Shown here: one piece after another, positions 1-10,409 of the stretch
Layout of the letters: each line of letters starts with the position of its first letter
How positions within the stretch are numbered: position 1 is the first letter of the stretch
Notes under the pieces: model-generated
Told to the model about the DNA's origin: nothing
What the model saw: only the letters and a program-made list of their open reading frames with translations
Databases searched by the model: none
Position numbers and translations under genes: made by a program
Assembly: GCA_043814605.1 (NCBI GenBank)
Contig: JBDRJV010000047.1
Coordinates: 5,077-69,076 of the forward strand
Direction: 5' to 3'
DNA length: 64,000 bases
Origin: Candidatus Omnitrophota bacterium
GTDB taxonomy: Bacteria > Omnitrophota > Gorgyraeia > B26-G9

Positions 1-2
1 GT

Positions 3-350
3 GGTGATTCATCAGAAAAAATGATTTCTTTATTAAATAGCAATAAAAATGTGGGGTTATTTCCTGAAGGTGGTTGTAGTTATGATGGAAAACTAAAAGC
101 TTTCAAAAATGGAGCAGCTCTTTTAGCTATGCGGACAGGGAGGCCCATTGTACCCTGCGCAATTGTAGGAACTTATGAATCATTACCCGTAGATGCAAGC
201 TTTCCCAAATTATTCTTACCAATTATAATAAAAATAGGCAAACCAATTTATCTTTTAAAAGAATTTGATGAGATTATTGAAGATATTGATTTACAGGAAG
301 GAATTTTAAAAGTGAGAAATTCAATAAAGGCTATGCTCAATGCAGGATAA
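3..350 (+). CDS. 1-acyl-sn-glycerol-3-phosphate acyltransferase (PlsC family), 5'-truncated by window edge
   Basis: FPEG motif, FKNGAA and PIVPCAI blocks; frame is open from base 3. Confidence 0.85.
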   Translation, partial: GDSSEKMISLLNSNKNVGLFPEGGCSYDGKLKAFKNGAALLAMRTGRPIVPCAIVGTYESLPVDASFPKLFLPIIIKIGKPIYLLKEFDEIIEDIDLQEGILKVRNSIKAMLNAG

Positions 351-1908
351 AGAGCTGATTCATATAAACATATCTAAAATTATTCACGCCCAAAAATGGA
401 GAGTTATTCGCCTTTTAACTAAAATCCATGAATTCCCCGGTTATATCCCCTGCGTAAAAGAAGCCAGCTTAATTGAAAAATCCCGCCATAAAATGAAAAC
501 TAAATGGCGGATTGAAATAAATAAAATCCCGATTAATTGGATAGAAAACGATAATCTTGATTTAAGAAATAATACAATTGAATTCCAGGCAGAAACAGGA
601 GATTTAGAAGAATTCAGGGGGGAATGGAAATTTCAGGACCATCATCAAGGGACAAAAGTTTCGGTTAATGTTTATGCCAAAGTAGGTATTCCGGCAATAA
701 GAATTAAGGTTGAATCTCACATCGAAAAAATTCTCACGGAAAATTTTACCGCAATATTAAGGGCTATTGATAACCGGCTTGTTTCTACGCGTTATGCACG
801 GTTTAAAAAAGGGGAAACACAGAGTGTTGCCGGCTTTGGTATTGTGGGCCATCTTTATAATTTTTATCATTTGGAACAGTATATTAAAGTGCTTGATCCG
901 GATGTAAAAATGCCTTCTATGGAATTTTTAAGCCGTATTTTCCGGATTACGCCTTCTTTTAAACTTTTTGATATCCCGGAATTTAAATCTGTAACTGGTC
1001 ATATAGTTAACGGTTGTTTTATTATGTCCACATTTATTCCGGAGATGATGGAAAAAGATGTTTGGGGCGTATTTTCTAAGGTGGTTAAATCCTGCCGTAT
1101 TGCAGAAAAGCAGGGTGTGGGGATTGTGAGTTTAGCCGGGTTTTCCTCGATTGTTGAGGAAAAAATCGGTCAGGCAATCAGCACAGAAGTAGATGTGCCG
1201 GTAACTACAGGTAACACTTATACAGTAGCGATGATTAAGGAGAGTATTTTTAAAGCTGTACAATTTTTAGATTTAGATTTAAGTAAAGCTAATTTAACAA
1301 TTATCGGCGCTGCGGGAAATATTGGCAGCGGATGCGCCAGGATCTTTGCGGATAAAGTAAAAGAACTTATTTTGACTGGCAGAGCCAAAGATTCTCTAAA
1401 AGATTTACAGCAGAGAATTTTTAAAAAATATAAAAAAAGTGTTTCCATTTCTCATAATAGTGAATTATCCGTTCGCGATGCGGATATTGTAATTTGTGCG
1501 GCTAATACGATCACTTCGTTTGTAAAAATGGAATGGTTTAAACCCGGCGCTATTGTTTGTGATGTGGGGTATCCGAGGAATGTTGAACCGGCTGAGCAAA
1601 CCCGGGAAGATGTTTTTATTTTTAACGGAGGTCTTGCCAAATCTCCCACACCCGTTACTTTTCCTTTTGATATGGGATTGCCGGCAAAAGAAGTATTGTA
1701 CGGATGTTTTGCCGAGGCAATAATCTTAGCGCTTGAGAAGCGTTATGAAAACTTTAGCACGCGTGCCGGATACATAATCCCAGAAAAAGTTGAGGAGATC
1801 AGGGTTTTAGGCGAAAAACATGGATTTAGCGTAGCTGATTTTTACTGGTGTAATAAAAAAATTGATGATCAGGCGATTTTGAAAGTTAAACACGTAATTA
1901 TTTCTTAA
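340..1908 (+). CDS. SRPBCC/START (cyclase-like) domain fused to long-chain acyl-ACP reductase-like domain
   Basis: N-terminal FPGYIP...GDLEEFRGEW (SRPBCC-like); C-terminal TTGNTYT, GAAGNIG, DVGYPRN and YGCFAEAI match the cyanobacterial acyl-ACP reductase pattern, including the Cys. Confidence 0.75.
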   Translation: MQDKELIHINISKIIHAQKWRVIRLLTKIHEFPGYIPCVKEASLIEKSRHKMKTKWRIEINKIPINWIENDNLDLRNNTIEFQAETGDLEEFRGEWKFQDHHQGTKVSVNVYAKVGIPAIRIKVESHIEKILTENFTAILRAIDNRLVSTRYARFKKGETQSVAGFGIVGHLYNFYHLEQYIKVLDPDVKMPSMEFLSRIFRITPSFKLFDIPEFKSVTGHIVNGCFIMSTFIPEMMEKDVWGVFSKVVKSCRIAEKQGVGIVSLAGFSSIVEEKIGQAISTEVDVPVTTGNTYTVAMIKESIFKAVQFLDLDLSKANLTIIGAAGNIGSGCARIFADKVKELILTGRAKDSLKDLQQRIFKKYKKSVSISHNSELSVRDADIVICAANTITSFVKMEWFKPGAIVCDVGYPRNVEPAEQTREDVFIFNGGLAKSPTPVTFPFDMGLPAKEVLYGCFAEAIILALEKRYENFSTRAGYIIPEKVEEIRVLGEKHGFSVADFYWCNKKIDDQAILKVKHVIIS

Positions 1909-1941
1909 TAATTAATGTTTCTTTACTTTTAAGGATTGTTT

Positions 1942-2802
1942 ATGGCTAAACAAAAAGTAAGAGTAGCATTTATTACTTATCCTTCATTGTATTCTTTAAT
2001 AATGTTAAATTATTGGTTGAGGAAGCCAAAAACATACCCTGTTGTAGCTATTTTGCTTTCTGATTTTGACTTCAAAGTAAAAGGGAAAGAATTGCCATTT
2101 TTAGCTGTAGTGGCTCGTGTTATTAAACAATCAGGATGGCAATACGCTTTATATGAATTTTTTGTCACATATTTATCAGGGATTCTTATTAATTTGTGGA
2201 ATTTTTTTAGAGTAGTTATTGGTAAAGAAAGAAAAATATTTACCTTCGAACAACTTTCTAAAAAACATAGTATCCCTATTTTTAGAAGTAAAGATTTCGG
2301 AGATGAACAGACTCTGAATTTTTTAAAGAATGTGAATGCTACGTTAATTGTTTCTGGATATAACAACCAGATTATTAAGAAAAATTTAATAAAATTTCCT
2401 GAATTTGGATGTGTTGGTATCCATCCAGCTTTTCTACCAGATTTTCGTGGAGCTGACCCTGTTTTTGCCGCGCTCTATTCTAATGTCAAAGAAACAGGTG
2501 TTACGATACATTATATAGATGGTAAAATTGATAGCGGCCCAATTATTGCTCAAGATAAATCACGTATAAGGATGGAAGATTCTTTATTTTCTCTTAATAT
2601 TAGACTTTGGATGCATGGAGCAAAAATATTATCTTATGTAATAAAACAAATCAGCGAAGGCAAAGTAAACGCAAAAAAACAAAATTATCGATTAACTAAA
2701 TATAAATATGAATCATTTCCTGCAAAACAAAAGATCCGGGATTTTTTAAAAAGAAAAAAATCTTTATTTACCTTTAAAGATATACAAAATATATTAAAAT
2801 AA
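1942..2802 (+). CDS. formyltransferase family protein
   Basis: IHPAFLPDFRG, ETGVTIH, IDSGPII; start moved to ATG 1942 after AAGGA. Confidence 0.8.
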   Translation: MAKQKVRVAFITYPSLYSLIMLNYWLRKPKTYPVVAILLSDFDFKVKGKELPFLAVVARVIKQSGWQYALYEFFVTYLSGILINLWNFFRVVIGKERKIFTFEQLSKKHSIPIFRSKDFGDEQTLNFLKNVNATLIVSGYNNQIIKKNLIKFPEFGCVGIHPAFLPDFRGADPVFAALYSNVKETGVTIHYIDGKIDSGPIIAQDKSRIRMEDSLFSLNIRLWMHGAKILSYVIKQISEGKVNAKKQNYRLTKYKYESFPAKQKIRDFLKRKKSLFTFKDIQNILK

Positions 2803-2813
2803 AAGGGGAGAAT

Positions 2814-4100
2814 ATGCAAAATAATGATTTTGATAAAGAGATAGATATAAACGACTTATCCTTAGCAAATTTTATGGGAATAAAAGATAAAGATCTTTTT
2901 AAAAAAGCTAAGATGTTTTTTCAATTTAGTGAGGGATTCAAGAAAAGAGGCTATTATACCTATAGACGTCCTTTAGCTAGTGCCTCAAGTAATCGTTCTC
3001 TCGTGCGCGATCCGATTACAGGTGAAGAAAAAGAAATGATCATGATGGGTTCAAATAATTATTTAGGCCTTGCCAGTCATCCTAAAGTTATTGAAGCAAC
3101 AGAAAAAGCATTAAGAAAATATGGATTAGGTAGTACTGGTGCTTCACTGCTTAATGGGACATTTGATGTGCATCAGGAACTTGAAGCTCGATTAGCAAAA
3201 CTAAAAGGATGCAAGGATGCGGTTTTATTTGGATCTGGGTATGCAGCAAATTTAGGAACATTGACTGCTATTCTGGGTGATGGAGATATTGTTATTAGTG
3301 ATGAGTTAAATCATGCTAGCATTATTGATGGATGCAGATTGAGTGGTGCAAATATCGAAATTTTTAACCATAACAACATGAAACAGTTAGAATCAATTTT
3401 AAAAAATACAAATGTAGGTAATAAGGGTAAACTTATTGTGGTTGATGGAGTTTTTAGTATGGATGGAGATATGGCAAATCTTCCTAAAATTGTTGAGCTA
3501 GCGCAAAAATATAATGCTTATACTATGGTTGATGAAGCCCATGCAACCGGAGTTGTTGGTTCCCAAGGAAAAGGTTCTTTAGAACATTATAATGTAAGAG
3601 GAAAGATAGATTTAATTGTTATTACACTGAGCAAAGCTTTAGGATGTTTTGGCGGAGCTGTATGTTGTAATGATGAAAAAGTTGCTGAATTTTTAAGATT
3701 TTTTTCAAGAAGTAATTTTTTTTCCACAAGTTTTCCTCCGGCGTTAGCAGCAGGGGCTATAGCGGCTATAGATATTTTAGAAAAAGAACCGGAACGGATA
3801 AAAAAATTATGGAGTAATATTAATTACATGTTAGAAAACTTAAAATCAATGGGATATAATACTGGGAATACTCAATCAGCTATTATTCCGGTAATTATTG
3901 GAGATGATCAAAAATTACGAGATATGAGTGTGGATTTTCAAAAAGCAAATATTTATTTAGGAGCAATCCCTTACCCGGCTGTACCAAAAGGAGAGGCTCG
4001 GTTTAGACTTACAGTGATGGCAATCCATACTCAGGAAGACTTAAATCAAACCTTAGATGTTTTTAAAACAGTAGGGAAAAAGTTTGGAGTTATAAAATAA
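2814..4100 (+). CDS. PLP-dependent alpha-oxoamine synthase (BioF/Kbl/SPT/CqsA family)
   Basis: GSNNYLGL, SDELNHASIIDG, DGVFSMDGD, DEAHA, TLSKALG (PLP lysine). Confidence 0.9.
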   Translation: MQNNDFDKEIDINDLSLANFMGIKDKDLFKKAKMFFQFSEGFKKRGYYTYRRPLASASSNRSLVRDPITGEEKEMIMMGSNNYLGLASHPKVIEATEKALRKYGLGSTGASLLNGTFDVHQELEARLAKLKGCKDAVLFGSGYAANLGTLTAILGDGDIVISDELNHASIIDGCRLSGANIEIFNHNNMKQLESILKNTNVGNKGKLIVVDGVFSMDGDMANLPKIVELAQKYNAYTMVDEAHATGVVGSQGKGSLEHYNVRGKIDLIVITLSKALGCFGGAVCCNDEKVAEFLRFFSRSNFFSTSFPPALAAGAIAAIDILEKEPERIKKLWSNINYMLENLKSMGYNTGNTQSAIIPVIIGDDQKLRDMSVDFQKANIYLGAIPYPAVPKGEARFRLTVMAIHTQEDLNQTLDVFKTVGKKFGVIK

Positions 4101-4103
4101 AAT

Positions 4104-6233
4104 ATGAGTAATAATTTTTTAAGCATTTATGCGCTTCCTTATTTACTTGTAGCAATTTTATTTTTATTTCTTGGGGTTTTTGTTTTTTTGCATAACAAAA
4201 AATCTCTGACAAATCTTTCTTACCTTTTTGTTTGTATAAGTAGTTTTTTATGGCTTTTAGGTAATTACTTAATTATTTCCAGCACAAATGAGAACAGTGC
4301 ATTTTTTTGGGCTAGATTTGCTTATTTTGGAATAACTTTAATCCCTCCGAGTATGTATTTTTTCTCAACAGCTTGGTTGGATTTATATAAAGAAAAAAAG
4401 AAAATAGTAATTTTAAATTATATTTTGGGGTCATGCTTAATACTACTGTTTTTATTTACAGACTTATTTATAACCGGAGTTTATTATTATTTCTTTGGGT
4501 ATTTTTCTAGATTAAGTAAATTCAGTATAATATATTTAATTTGCTTTTTTTTAATTTCCGGAGCATTTTTCTGGAATTTATTTAAAGGTTATAAGAAAGA
4601 AAAAACTGCAATAAAAAAAATTCAAATCAAAAGCGTTTTAATTGCTTTTGTTATTGCGTTTATTGGTGCTGTAGATTTTTGGGTAACTTTTGGCCTAGAA
4701 ATTTATCCAATTAGTTTTATTACGATGACTTTATTTATTGTCATTGTTGCTCATTCGATTATTTATTACAAATTAATGGATATTGAAACTGTACTGCATA
4801 AAACAGCATTATGGTTATTATCTTTCTCTTTTATTGTGATTCCTGTTTTTCTAATATATCGAGGGATCTATTTTTATTTAGAAAAATCTATCATGCTACA
4901 ATTCATCTTTTGGACTGCTTCTTTCGTAATGTTCTCATTTTACCTAAGAGTTATACAGCCGAAAATTGATCATTTTTTTCAAAGGCGCGAGTATAATTTA
5001 CGAGAAACACTAAATAAATTTGTTGAAGAATTGGTTTATCTAAAAGGACTAGATAACCTTATTTCTCAAATAGAAAATACAATCAGAGATACTTTGTATC
5101 CTCAGACGGTTGATATTTTTATTTATAGCGAATTAGATGAAAGGTATATAGCTTTAAATAACAATACTCAAAAAAATAATAGAGAATTAATAGATGAAGA
5201 TAACAATTTTTTAACTTGGTTAAGAAAGAATAATAAAATTGTGTATAAAGAGTTTATAGATATGGATCCACAATTTGTATGGATTAAAGAAGATGCTAAA
5301 AATTATTTTAATTATAACAGTGCTGTTGTAGTAATCCCCTTGATATTAAATAATAATTTATTAGGAATTATTAATTTAGGGAAAAAACAAAATTTAATGC
5401 GCTATAAATCAGCTGATTTTGATTTCTTGAACGTGTTAAGAAATGAATCAGTTATTGCAATATCTAATTCACTTCTTTATGAATATACGGAAGAGCAGGT
5501 TAAACAGCGTTCTGAAGAATTAATTAAAGTACAAAAGCAATTGGTACAGGCAGAAAAATTGGCAACTGTAGGTACACTAGCTGGAGGAGTAGCACATGAA
5601 ATTAATAATCCTCTTGCAGCAATACTCACTAATGTGCAGCTATTATTGGATTCAGATGATATAAAAAATAAAGATGATAAAGAATCTCTGGAATTAATTG
5701 AAGAAGCAACTAAGCGCTGCCGCGAAATTGTAAAAAAACTTATGGTGTATGCACGTAAGCCATTAGCCCGAGAAGAAATAAGCAAAGTAGATTTAAATGA
5801 AGTTATTGGTAATGTATTATCTTTTATTAAATATCAGCTAGGGCAGGAAGATATTAAAATAGTTACTAATCTCCAAAAAAATAATTATTTTGTTACAGGG
5901 AATAAAAATGAACTTGAACATGTAATTACTAATATTGTTTTAAACGCAAAAGATGCGATTAAAAAAATAAAAAAAAGTGGTATTATAGAAATATCTTTAA
6001 CTAAAAGTGAAGAATTTATAAAAATTCAGATAAAAGACGAAGGTGTGGGAATGTCCAGCGAAGTCAGGCCAAAAATATTTGACCCGTTTTTTACCACTAA
6101 AGATGTAGGTAAGGGCTTAGGGCTTGGCCTTTCTATTTGCCAGGCAATTATCGAAAGACATAATGGCAAAATAGAGGTTGAGTCAGAAATAAACAAAGGG
6201 GCTGTTTTTACGGTTCAACTGCCGATTGCATAA
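4104..6233 (+). CDS. membrane sensor histidine kinase (7TM-type N-terminus, GAF-like, HisKA, HATPase) HK1
   Basis: multiple N-terminal hydrophobic helices; AHEINNPL H-box; NAKDA, DEGVG, FDPFFTTK, GLGLGL. Confidence 0.92.
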   Translation: MSNNFLSIYALPYLLVAILFLFLGVFVFLHNKKSLTNLSYLFVCISSFLWLLGNYLIISSTNENSAFFWARFAYFGITLIPPSMYFFSTAWLDLYKEKKKIVILNYILGSCLILLFLFTDLFITGVYYYFFGYFSRLSKFSIIYLICFFLISGAFFWNLFKGYKKEKTAIKKIQIKSVLIAFVIAFIGAVDFWVTFGLEIYPISFITMTLFIVIVAHSIIYYKLMDIETVLHKTALWLLSFSFIVIPVFLIYRGIYFYLEKSIMLQFIFWTASFVMFSFYLRVIQPKIDHFFQRREYNLRETLNKFVEELVYLKGLDNLISQIENTIRDTLYPQTVDIFIYSELDERYIALNNNTQKNNRELIDEDNNFLTWLRKNNKIVYKEFIDMDPQFVWIKEDAKNYFNYNSAVVVIPLILNNNLLGIINLGKKQNLMRYKSADFDFLNVLRNESVIAISNSLLYEYTEEQVKQRSEELIKVQKQLVQAEKLATVGTLAGGVAHEINNPLAAILTNVQLLLDSDDIKNKDDKESLELIEEATKRCREIVKKLMVYARKPLAREEISKVDLNEVIGNVLSFIKYQLGQEDIKIVTNLQKNNYFVTGNKNELEHVITNIVLNAKDAIKKIKKSGIIEISLTKSEEFIKIQIKDEGVGMSSEVRPKIFDPFFTTKDVGKGLGLGLSICQAIIERHNGKIEVESEINKGAVFTVQLPIA

Positions 6234-6345
6234 ATAAAAGTTATCAAGTTAGAAGATTAATGGTTTAATCTTCGCAATCTATTGTTAATCGTTGTAATTA
6301 GGTATAATCTGGTTTATAACGCAAGATTATACCAGGAGGTTAGTT

Positions 6346-6726
6346 ATGGCAAAAAATATTTTAATTATTGATGATGAGGCATTAGTAACCAAATCTTTAC
6401 GCAAACTACTTGAGAAAAAGGGTTATAATGTAACTATTGCCCAAAGCGGCAAGGAAGCATTAAAACTTGTGCAGGAGAAAGAATTTAATTTGATAATTTC
6501 TGATGTCCGGATGCCGGAACTTGACGGGGTGGAAACAATAAAAGCAATCCGTGATTATGTTAAAGAACAGGGTAAAAAACCCATAAAGGAAATTCTGATA
6601 ACCGGATATGCAGATGAGCAAAAGTATAAAGACGCCGTTGACTTAAAAGTTGCACATTATATTTACAAACCGTTTGATACAGAGGAGCTGGTTGAGGCAG
6701 TCGAAGACAATATTGGTTCTGCTTAA
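6346..6726 (+). CDS. single-domain response regulator
   Basis: ILIIDDE, SDVRMPELDG, ITGY, YIYKPF; RBS AGGAGG. Confidence 0.93.
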   Translation: MAKNILIIDDEALVTKSLRKLLEKKGYNVTIAQSGKEALKLVQEKEFNLIISDVRMPELDGVETIKAIRDYVKEQGKKPIKEILITGYADEQKYKDAVDLKVAHYIYKPFDTEELVEAVEDNIGSA

Positions 6727-6770
6727 GCACAGTAGCTACTCTCTACTTAAAAAAAGAAGGAGCAGAAGAA

Positions 6771-8012
6771 GTGCGCGACAATAGAAACGCCGTAATCACC
6801 GGAGTGGGAGTAATTGCTCCTAATGGGATTGGCAAGGAAAAATATTGGAAAGCGTTGGAAAATGGAGTTAGCGGGATAAGACCAGCTACGCTTTTTGATA
6901 CCACTTATTTTAAAAGTAAACTGGTGGGAGAGTGTACGGATTTTGACCCGGTGGAATTTTTAGGCCCTAAAGGCCACCGTACTCTGGATCGCGCTACCAA
7001 AATGATTGCTTCCGCGGCAAAGCTGGCGCTTGATGACGCCAAGCTTGAAATCACAGAAGAAAATACTGATGATATTGGTGTGGTAACAGCCACAACGTTA
7101 TCGGTTGCTTTTGATATTGCAGAGTTTACCAAAGAAGTTGTACAGGACGGGCCAAATATGGCTAACCCGGCTTTGTTTCCGCCCACAACCATGAATTTCC
7201 CCTCAAGTCACATTGCGATCCGTTATAAGATAAAAGGGTTTAACACAACTATTTCCACAGGATTTTCCGCTGGCCTGGATGCTTTGAAATACGCGATTGA
7301 TTTTATCAAGCTTGGCCGGGCCAAGGTGGTTTTAGTTAGCGGGGTAGAAAGCGCGTCATTTTCTAATTTTGTCGGGTTTTATAAAGCGGGTTTTTTAGCT
7401 GGACGTAAAGGTGAAGAAATATCCTGCCCGTTTGATAAAAGGCATAACGGGATTATTTTAGGTGAAGGCTCAACTGTGATTGTTGTTGAAGATGAAGAGC
7501 ACGCCAAGCAAAGAAAAGCTAATATTTATGCAAAGGTTCTGGCAGTAAAAACATTTTTTGATGCTTTTCGCATTACTGAATACGACCCAAAAGCCCGCGG
7601 CTTAAGGCAAAGCATGCGTAAAGCTTTGGATGAATCCAATACTAGCGAAGCAGAGATTGATTTTATCTGTTCCTGCGCAAATTCCGTTCCCATGCAGGAT
7701 GTTATTGAAACTCAGGCCATAAAAGAAGTGTTTAATATTTACGCTGATAATCTAGCGGTAAGCGGGATAAAATCGATGCTGGGTGAAAGCTGCAGCGCTG
7801 CCGGAGGATTGCAAATAGCCGCGGCAATCGGCGCGATGCAGAACAAATTTATTCCGCCAACTATAAATTATAAAGAGCCGGATCCGGAATGTAATCTTGA
7901 TTATGTAGCCAACAAATCCCGCAAGCAGGATGTGAACAATGTCATGATCAATAATTTCGGGCCGGGAGGAAATAATACAACCGCGATAATCACGAAGTAT
8001 CGTGATTATTAG
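6771..8012 (+). CDS. ketosynthase-like protein lacking the catalytic triad (chain-length-factor-like)
   Basis: FabF fold motifs (VITGVG, PFDKR, GEG, IKSMLG, IPPTIN), but STGFSAG, CANSV and GESCS stand where Cys, His and His are expected. Confidence 0.85.
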   Translation: MRDNRNAVITGVGVIAPNGIGKEKYWKALENGVSGIRPATLFDTTYFKSKLVGECTDFDPVEFLGPKGHRTLDRATKMIASAAKLALDDAKLEITEENTDDIGVVTATTLSVAFDIAEFTKEVVQDGPNMANPALFPPTTMNFPSSHIAIRYKIKGFNTTISTGFSAGLDALKYAIDFIKLGRAKVVLVSGVESASFSNFVGFYKAGFLAGRKGEEISCPFDKRHNGIILGEGSTVIVVEDEEHAKQRKANIYAKVLAVKTFFDAFRITEYDPKARGLRQSMRKALDESNTSEAEIDFICSCANSVPMQDVIETQAIKEVFNIYADNLAVSGIKSMLGESCSAAGGLQIAAAIGAMQNKFIPPTINYKEPDPECNLDYVANKSRKQDVNNVMINNFGPGGNNTTAIITKYRDY

Positions 8013-8087
8013 CAAATAAAAAAAGCTTTTATAAGGAAACCATGAACTTTAAAATACGTTCATGGTGACAGGAAGGCAAGAAGCCAG

Positions 8088-8170
8088 ATCCGCCAAGCAT
8101 GTTCTTCGAAGTTTACAGTGGCGAGATTTAATCCGCCAAGTGCATTCAAAGAAGAGAACAGTGGCAAGGT
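8088..8170 (+). repeat. two tandem 40-bp ATCCGCCAAG...ACAGTGGC units (third copy at 24959-24998)
   Basis: units at 8088-8127 and 8131-8170; CGCCA/TGGCG stem. Confidence 0.7.
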
Positions 8171-8572
8171 TGGAAGTAAATAATAGGACACAGATTTTCG
8201 CAGATTAACAGGATTAATAAAAAAGGATTATGATAATCTAGTTATCTATTTGTAATAGATAACACTAATTCTGAAGAATTGATAAAAAACAAAAAATAAT
8301 TTTTGTTTTGTTAACGATCTCTCAGAATTATATTCCGCAAAATGCGGAACTAGATTAATATTATAGAACTAAGTTAATATCATTAAACCACAATAAACAT
8401 TGTTGTTTGATTGCGTAATAACAGTTTAAATCTGAGTAAAGCAGTGTTTATCTGTGGGCTATGAAGGTGTTGTATTTTTCCTGTGCAACCTGAGTCAGGC
8501 ATAGGAGATTTCCTGGGCTCCTTAGAGGAAAGATAAAATAATCATAATAAATAGTAATGCTTCATATTTAAC

Positions 8573-8600
8573 TTGAAACATTAAATATGCAGGGTATAAT
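8573..8600 (+). promoter_or_regulatory. sigma70 promoter, probably leaderless
   Basis: TTGAAA-16 bp-TATAAT, ending 6 nt before ATG 8607; no SD sequence. Confidence 0.55.
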
Positions 8601-8606
8601 AAGATC

Positions 8607-9833
8607 ATGATAAAGCCGCGAATATTAGCTAATGTGCTTAAAAGAGCAATCAAAAGTTTCCCGGCGGTTGTTGTTACCGGGCCTCGGCAATCCGGAAAAA
8701 CAACTTTATTGAAAACATTGTATTCAAAAACACATCGTTATGTTTCTTTGGAAGATCCGGATGTGAGAATGCGGGCAAAAGAGGACCCGGTGAGTTTTTT
8801 AGCGCAAAATAATGCGCCGGTAATTATTGATGAAATACAATATATTCCGGAGCTGCTTTCATATATAAAAACAAAAATTGATCAAAAAAGAAAACCCGGA
8901 CAATGGTTGTTTACGGGGTCTCAGAATTTTGTTTTAATGCAGGGAGTGAGCCAGTCTCTGGCGGGAAGAGCTGCGGTTGTTTCTCTTTTACCATTTTCTT
9001 ATGCGGAGCGGATAAACCAGGCGGGCAAAGCGCAGGATATTAATAACTGGGTGAAGATGCTGAATGTTGAGCAAATTTGTTCAAAAAAAGAATCTTTGAG
9101 TGAACTTATTTTAAGGGGGAATTATCCGGAGATTGCCAGTAAAAAAACAGTTGACCGGCAATTGTGGTGCGGTTCGTATATCTCTACTTACTTAGAAAGA
9201 GATGTGAGAAATTTGTCGGCCATTGGGGATTTAAGCCAGTTTGAAAGATTCTTAAAACTATGCGCGACAAGAACCGGACAAATTTTAAATCTTTCCGAAA
9301 TGGCAAAAGAAATCGGGGTGAGTGTTCCTACGGCAAAAAGGTGGATTTCAATCCTCGAAACAGGATATCAAATATATTTGCTGTATCCATATTATAAAAA
9401 CATCGGTAAACGTTTAATAAAAAGCCCAAAGCTGTATTTTTGTGATACCGCTTTGGCAGCATATTTGTTGGGAATCAATGATCGTGAAGTGATCTTAAAT
9501 AGCCCAAATTTTGGAAATATTTTTGAAACTATGATTATAAATGATTTTGTTAAACGTTTTTTGCATTTTGGGCAGATGCCTTCAATGTATTACTTGCGCA
9601 GCCGGGATGGATTAGAAATAGATTTGGTGATAGAGGTTAATCAGCAATTGCATTTATTTGAAATAAAGAGCGCGATGAATATTACTCAAAAACATGCAAG
9701 CGCGTTGATAAGACTAAAAGCAGATAAAAAATTAGCAATTAAAACTGCGGCGATAATTTCCCGGTCCAAAGATAATTATTTGCTCAGTAAAGGAGTGGTA
9801 AATTATAATTGGAAGAATATTCTTTCTTTTTGA
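8607..9833 (+). CDS. AAA_14 ATPase with DUF4143 (PD-(D/E)xK-like) C-terminus
   Basis: GPRQSGKT, IIDEIQ, TGSQ, LAGR, KSPKLYFCDT, EIDLV..FEIK. Confidence 0.9.
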   Translation: MIKPRILANVLKRAIKSFPAVVVTGPRQSGKTTLLKTLYSKTHRYVSLEDPDVRMRAKEDPVSFLAQNNAPVIIDEIQYIPELLSYIKTKIDQKRKPGQWLFTGSQNFVLMQGVSQSLAGRAAVVSLLPFSYAERINQAGKAQDINNWVKMLNVEQICSKKESLSELILRGNYPEIASKKTVDRQLWCGSYISTYLERDVRNLSAIGDLSQFERFLKLCATRTGQILNLSEMAKEIGVSVPTAKRWISILETGYQIYLLYPYYKNIGKRLIKSPKLYFCDTALAAYLLGINDREVILNSPNFGNIFETMIINDFVKRFLHFGQMPSMYYLRSRDGLEIDLVIEVNQQLHLFEIKSAMNITQKHASALIRLKADKKLAIKTAAIISRSKDNYLLSKGVVNYNWKNILSF

Positions 9834-9890
9834 GATCTTTCGCAATAATCACGAAATACCTGGATAAGTAGCGAGTAGCTAGTAGAGAGA

Positions 9891-10256
9891 GTGGAAAAGC
9901 AGAAGATAAAAAATGTAGAAGATTTTCTTGTTTATCAAAAATCAACAAAATTATTTGATGATTTTTTGGAAAAAGATTTACCGGTTTTAAAAGCAGATTT
10001 TGCTGGGAGTACATTAGCCAGAAACCAGTTAAGATGTTTAGATTCTATTTGCGCTAATATGGAAGAAGGCTATGAACGCAAGCATGGGAAAGAGATCAAG
10101 AATTTTTTTAGAATGTCCAAAGGCTCAGCTGGCGAAGCAAGAGGAAGATATAAACGGTTGAAGAGAGTATTACCGGAAAAAGTTATAGAAATTAGAGTAG
10201 CAGCTTTAAATGAGATTAGAGCCATGCTTGAATCTTTGACTAAGAAATGGGAATAG
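9891..10256 (+). CDS. four-helix-bundle protein (23S rRNA IVP / Avd-like family)
   Basis: EDFLVYQKS, QLRCLDSICANMEEGY, FFRMSKGSAGE pattern; 121 aa. Confidence 0.85.
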   Translation: MEKQKIKNVEDFLVYQKSTKLFDDFLEKDLPVLKADFAGSTLARNQLRCLDSICANMEEGYERKHGKEIKNFFRMSKGSAGEARGRYKRLKRVLPEKVIEIRVAALNEIRAMLESLTKKWE

Positions 10257-10364
10257 TTTTCTCTATTGCTTTTTAGTTTTAACAAAATATGAATTATGTA
10301 GTTTTGAAATAGATTGTAGAGATAAGTATGTTATAGAGAATTTTTGGTTTTTTCTCTCTACTAG

Positions 10365-10409
10365 TTGAAAACATTAATATATTTTCAGTGAAATCCCGCT
10401 AAGGCGGGG
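10365..10409 (+). repeat. 45-bp hairpin element A, copy 1
   Basis: TTGAAAACATTAATATATTTTCAGTGAAATCCCGCTAAGGCGGGG. Confidence 0.85.

Noticed and set aside
2814-4100. gene symbol bioF, spt or cqsA
   Set aside because: Family motifs are shared; no bio operon context; needs a phylogeny
8088-8170. possible mini-CRISPR (repeat-variable-repeat, period 43)
   Set aside because: Only two units; the variable part is ~17 nt and nearly the same as in the copy at 24959; no cas genes
9891-10256. diversity-generating retroelement, suggested by the Avd-like gene
   Set aside because: No reverse transcriptase and no TR/VR pair with adenine-specific mismatches in the window
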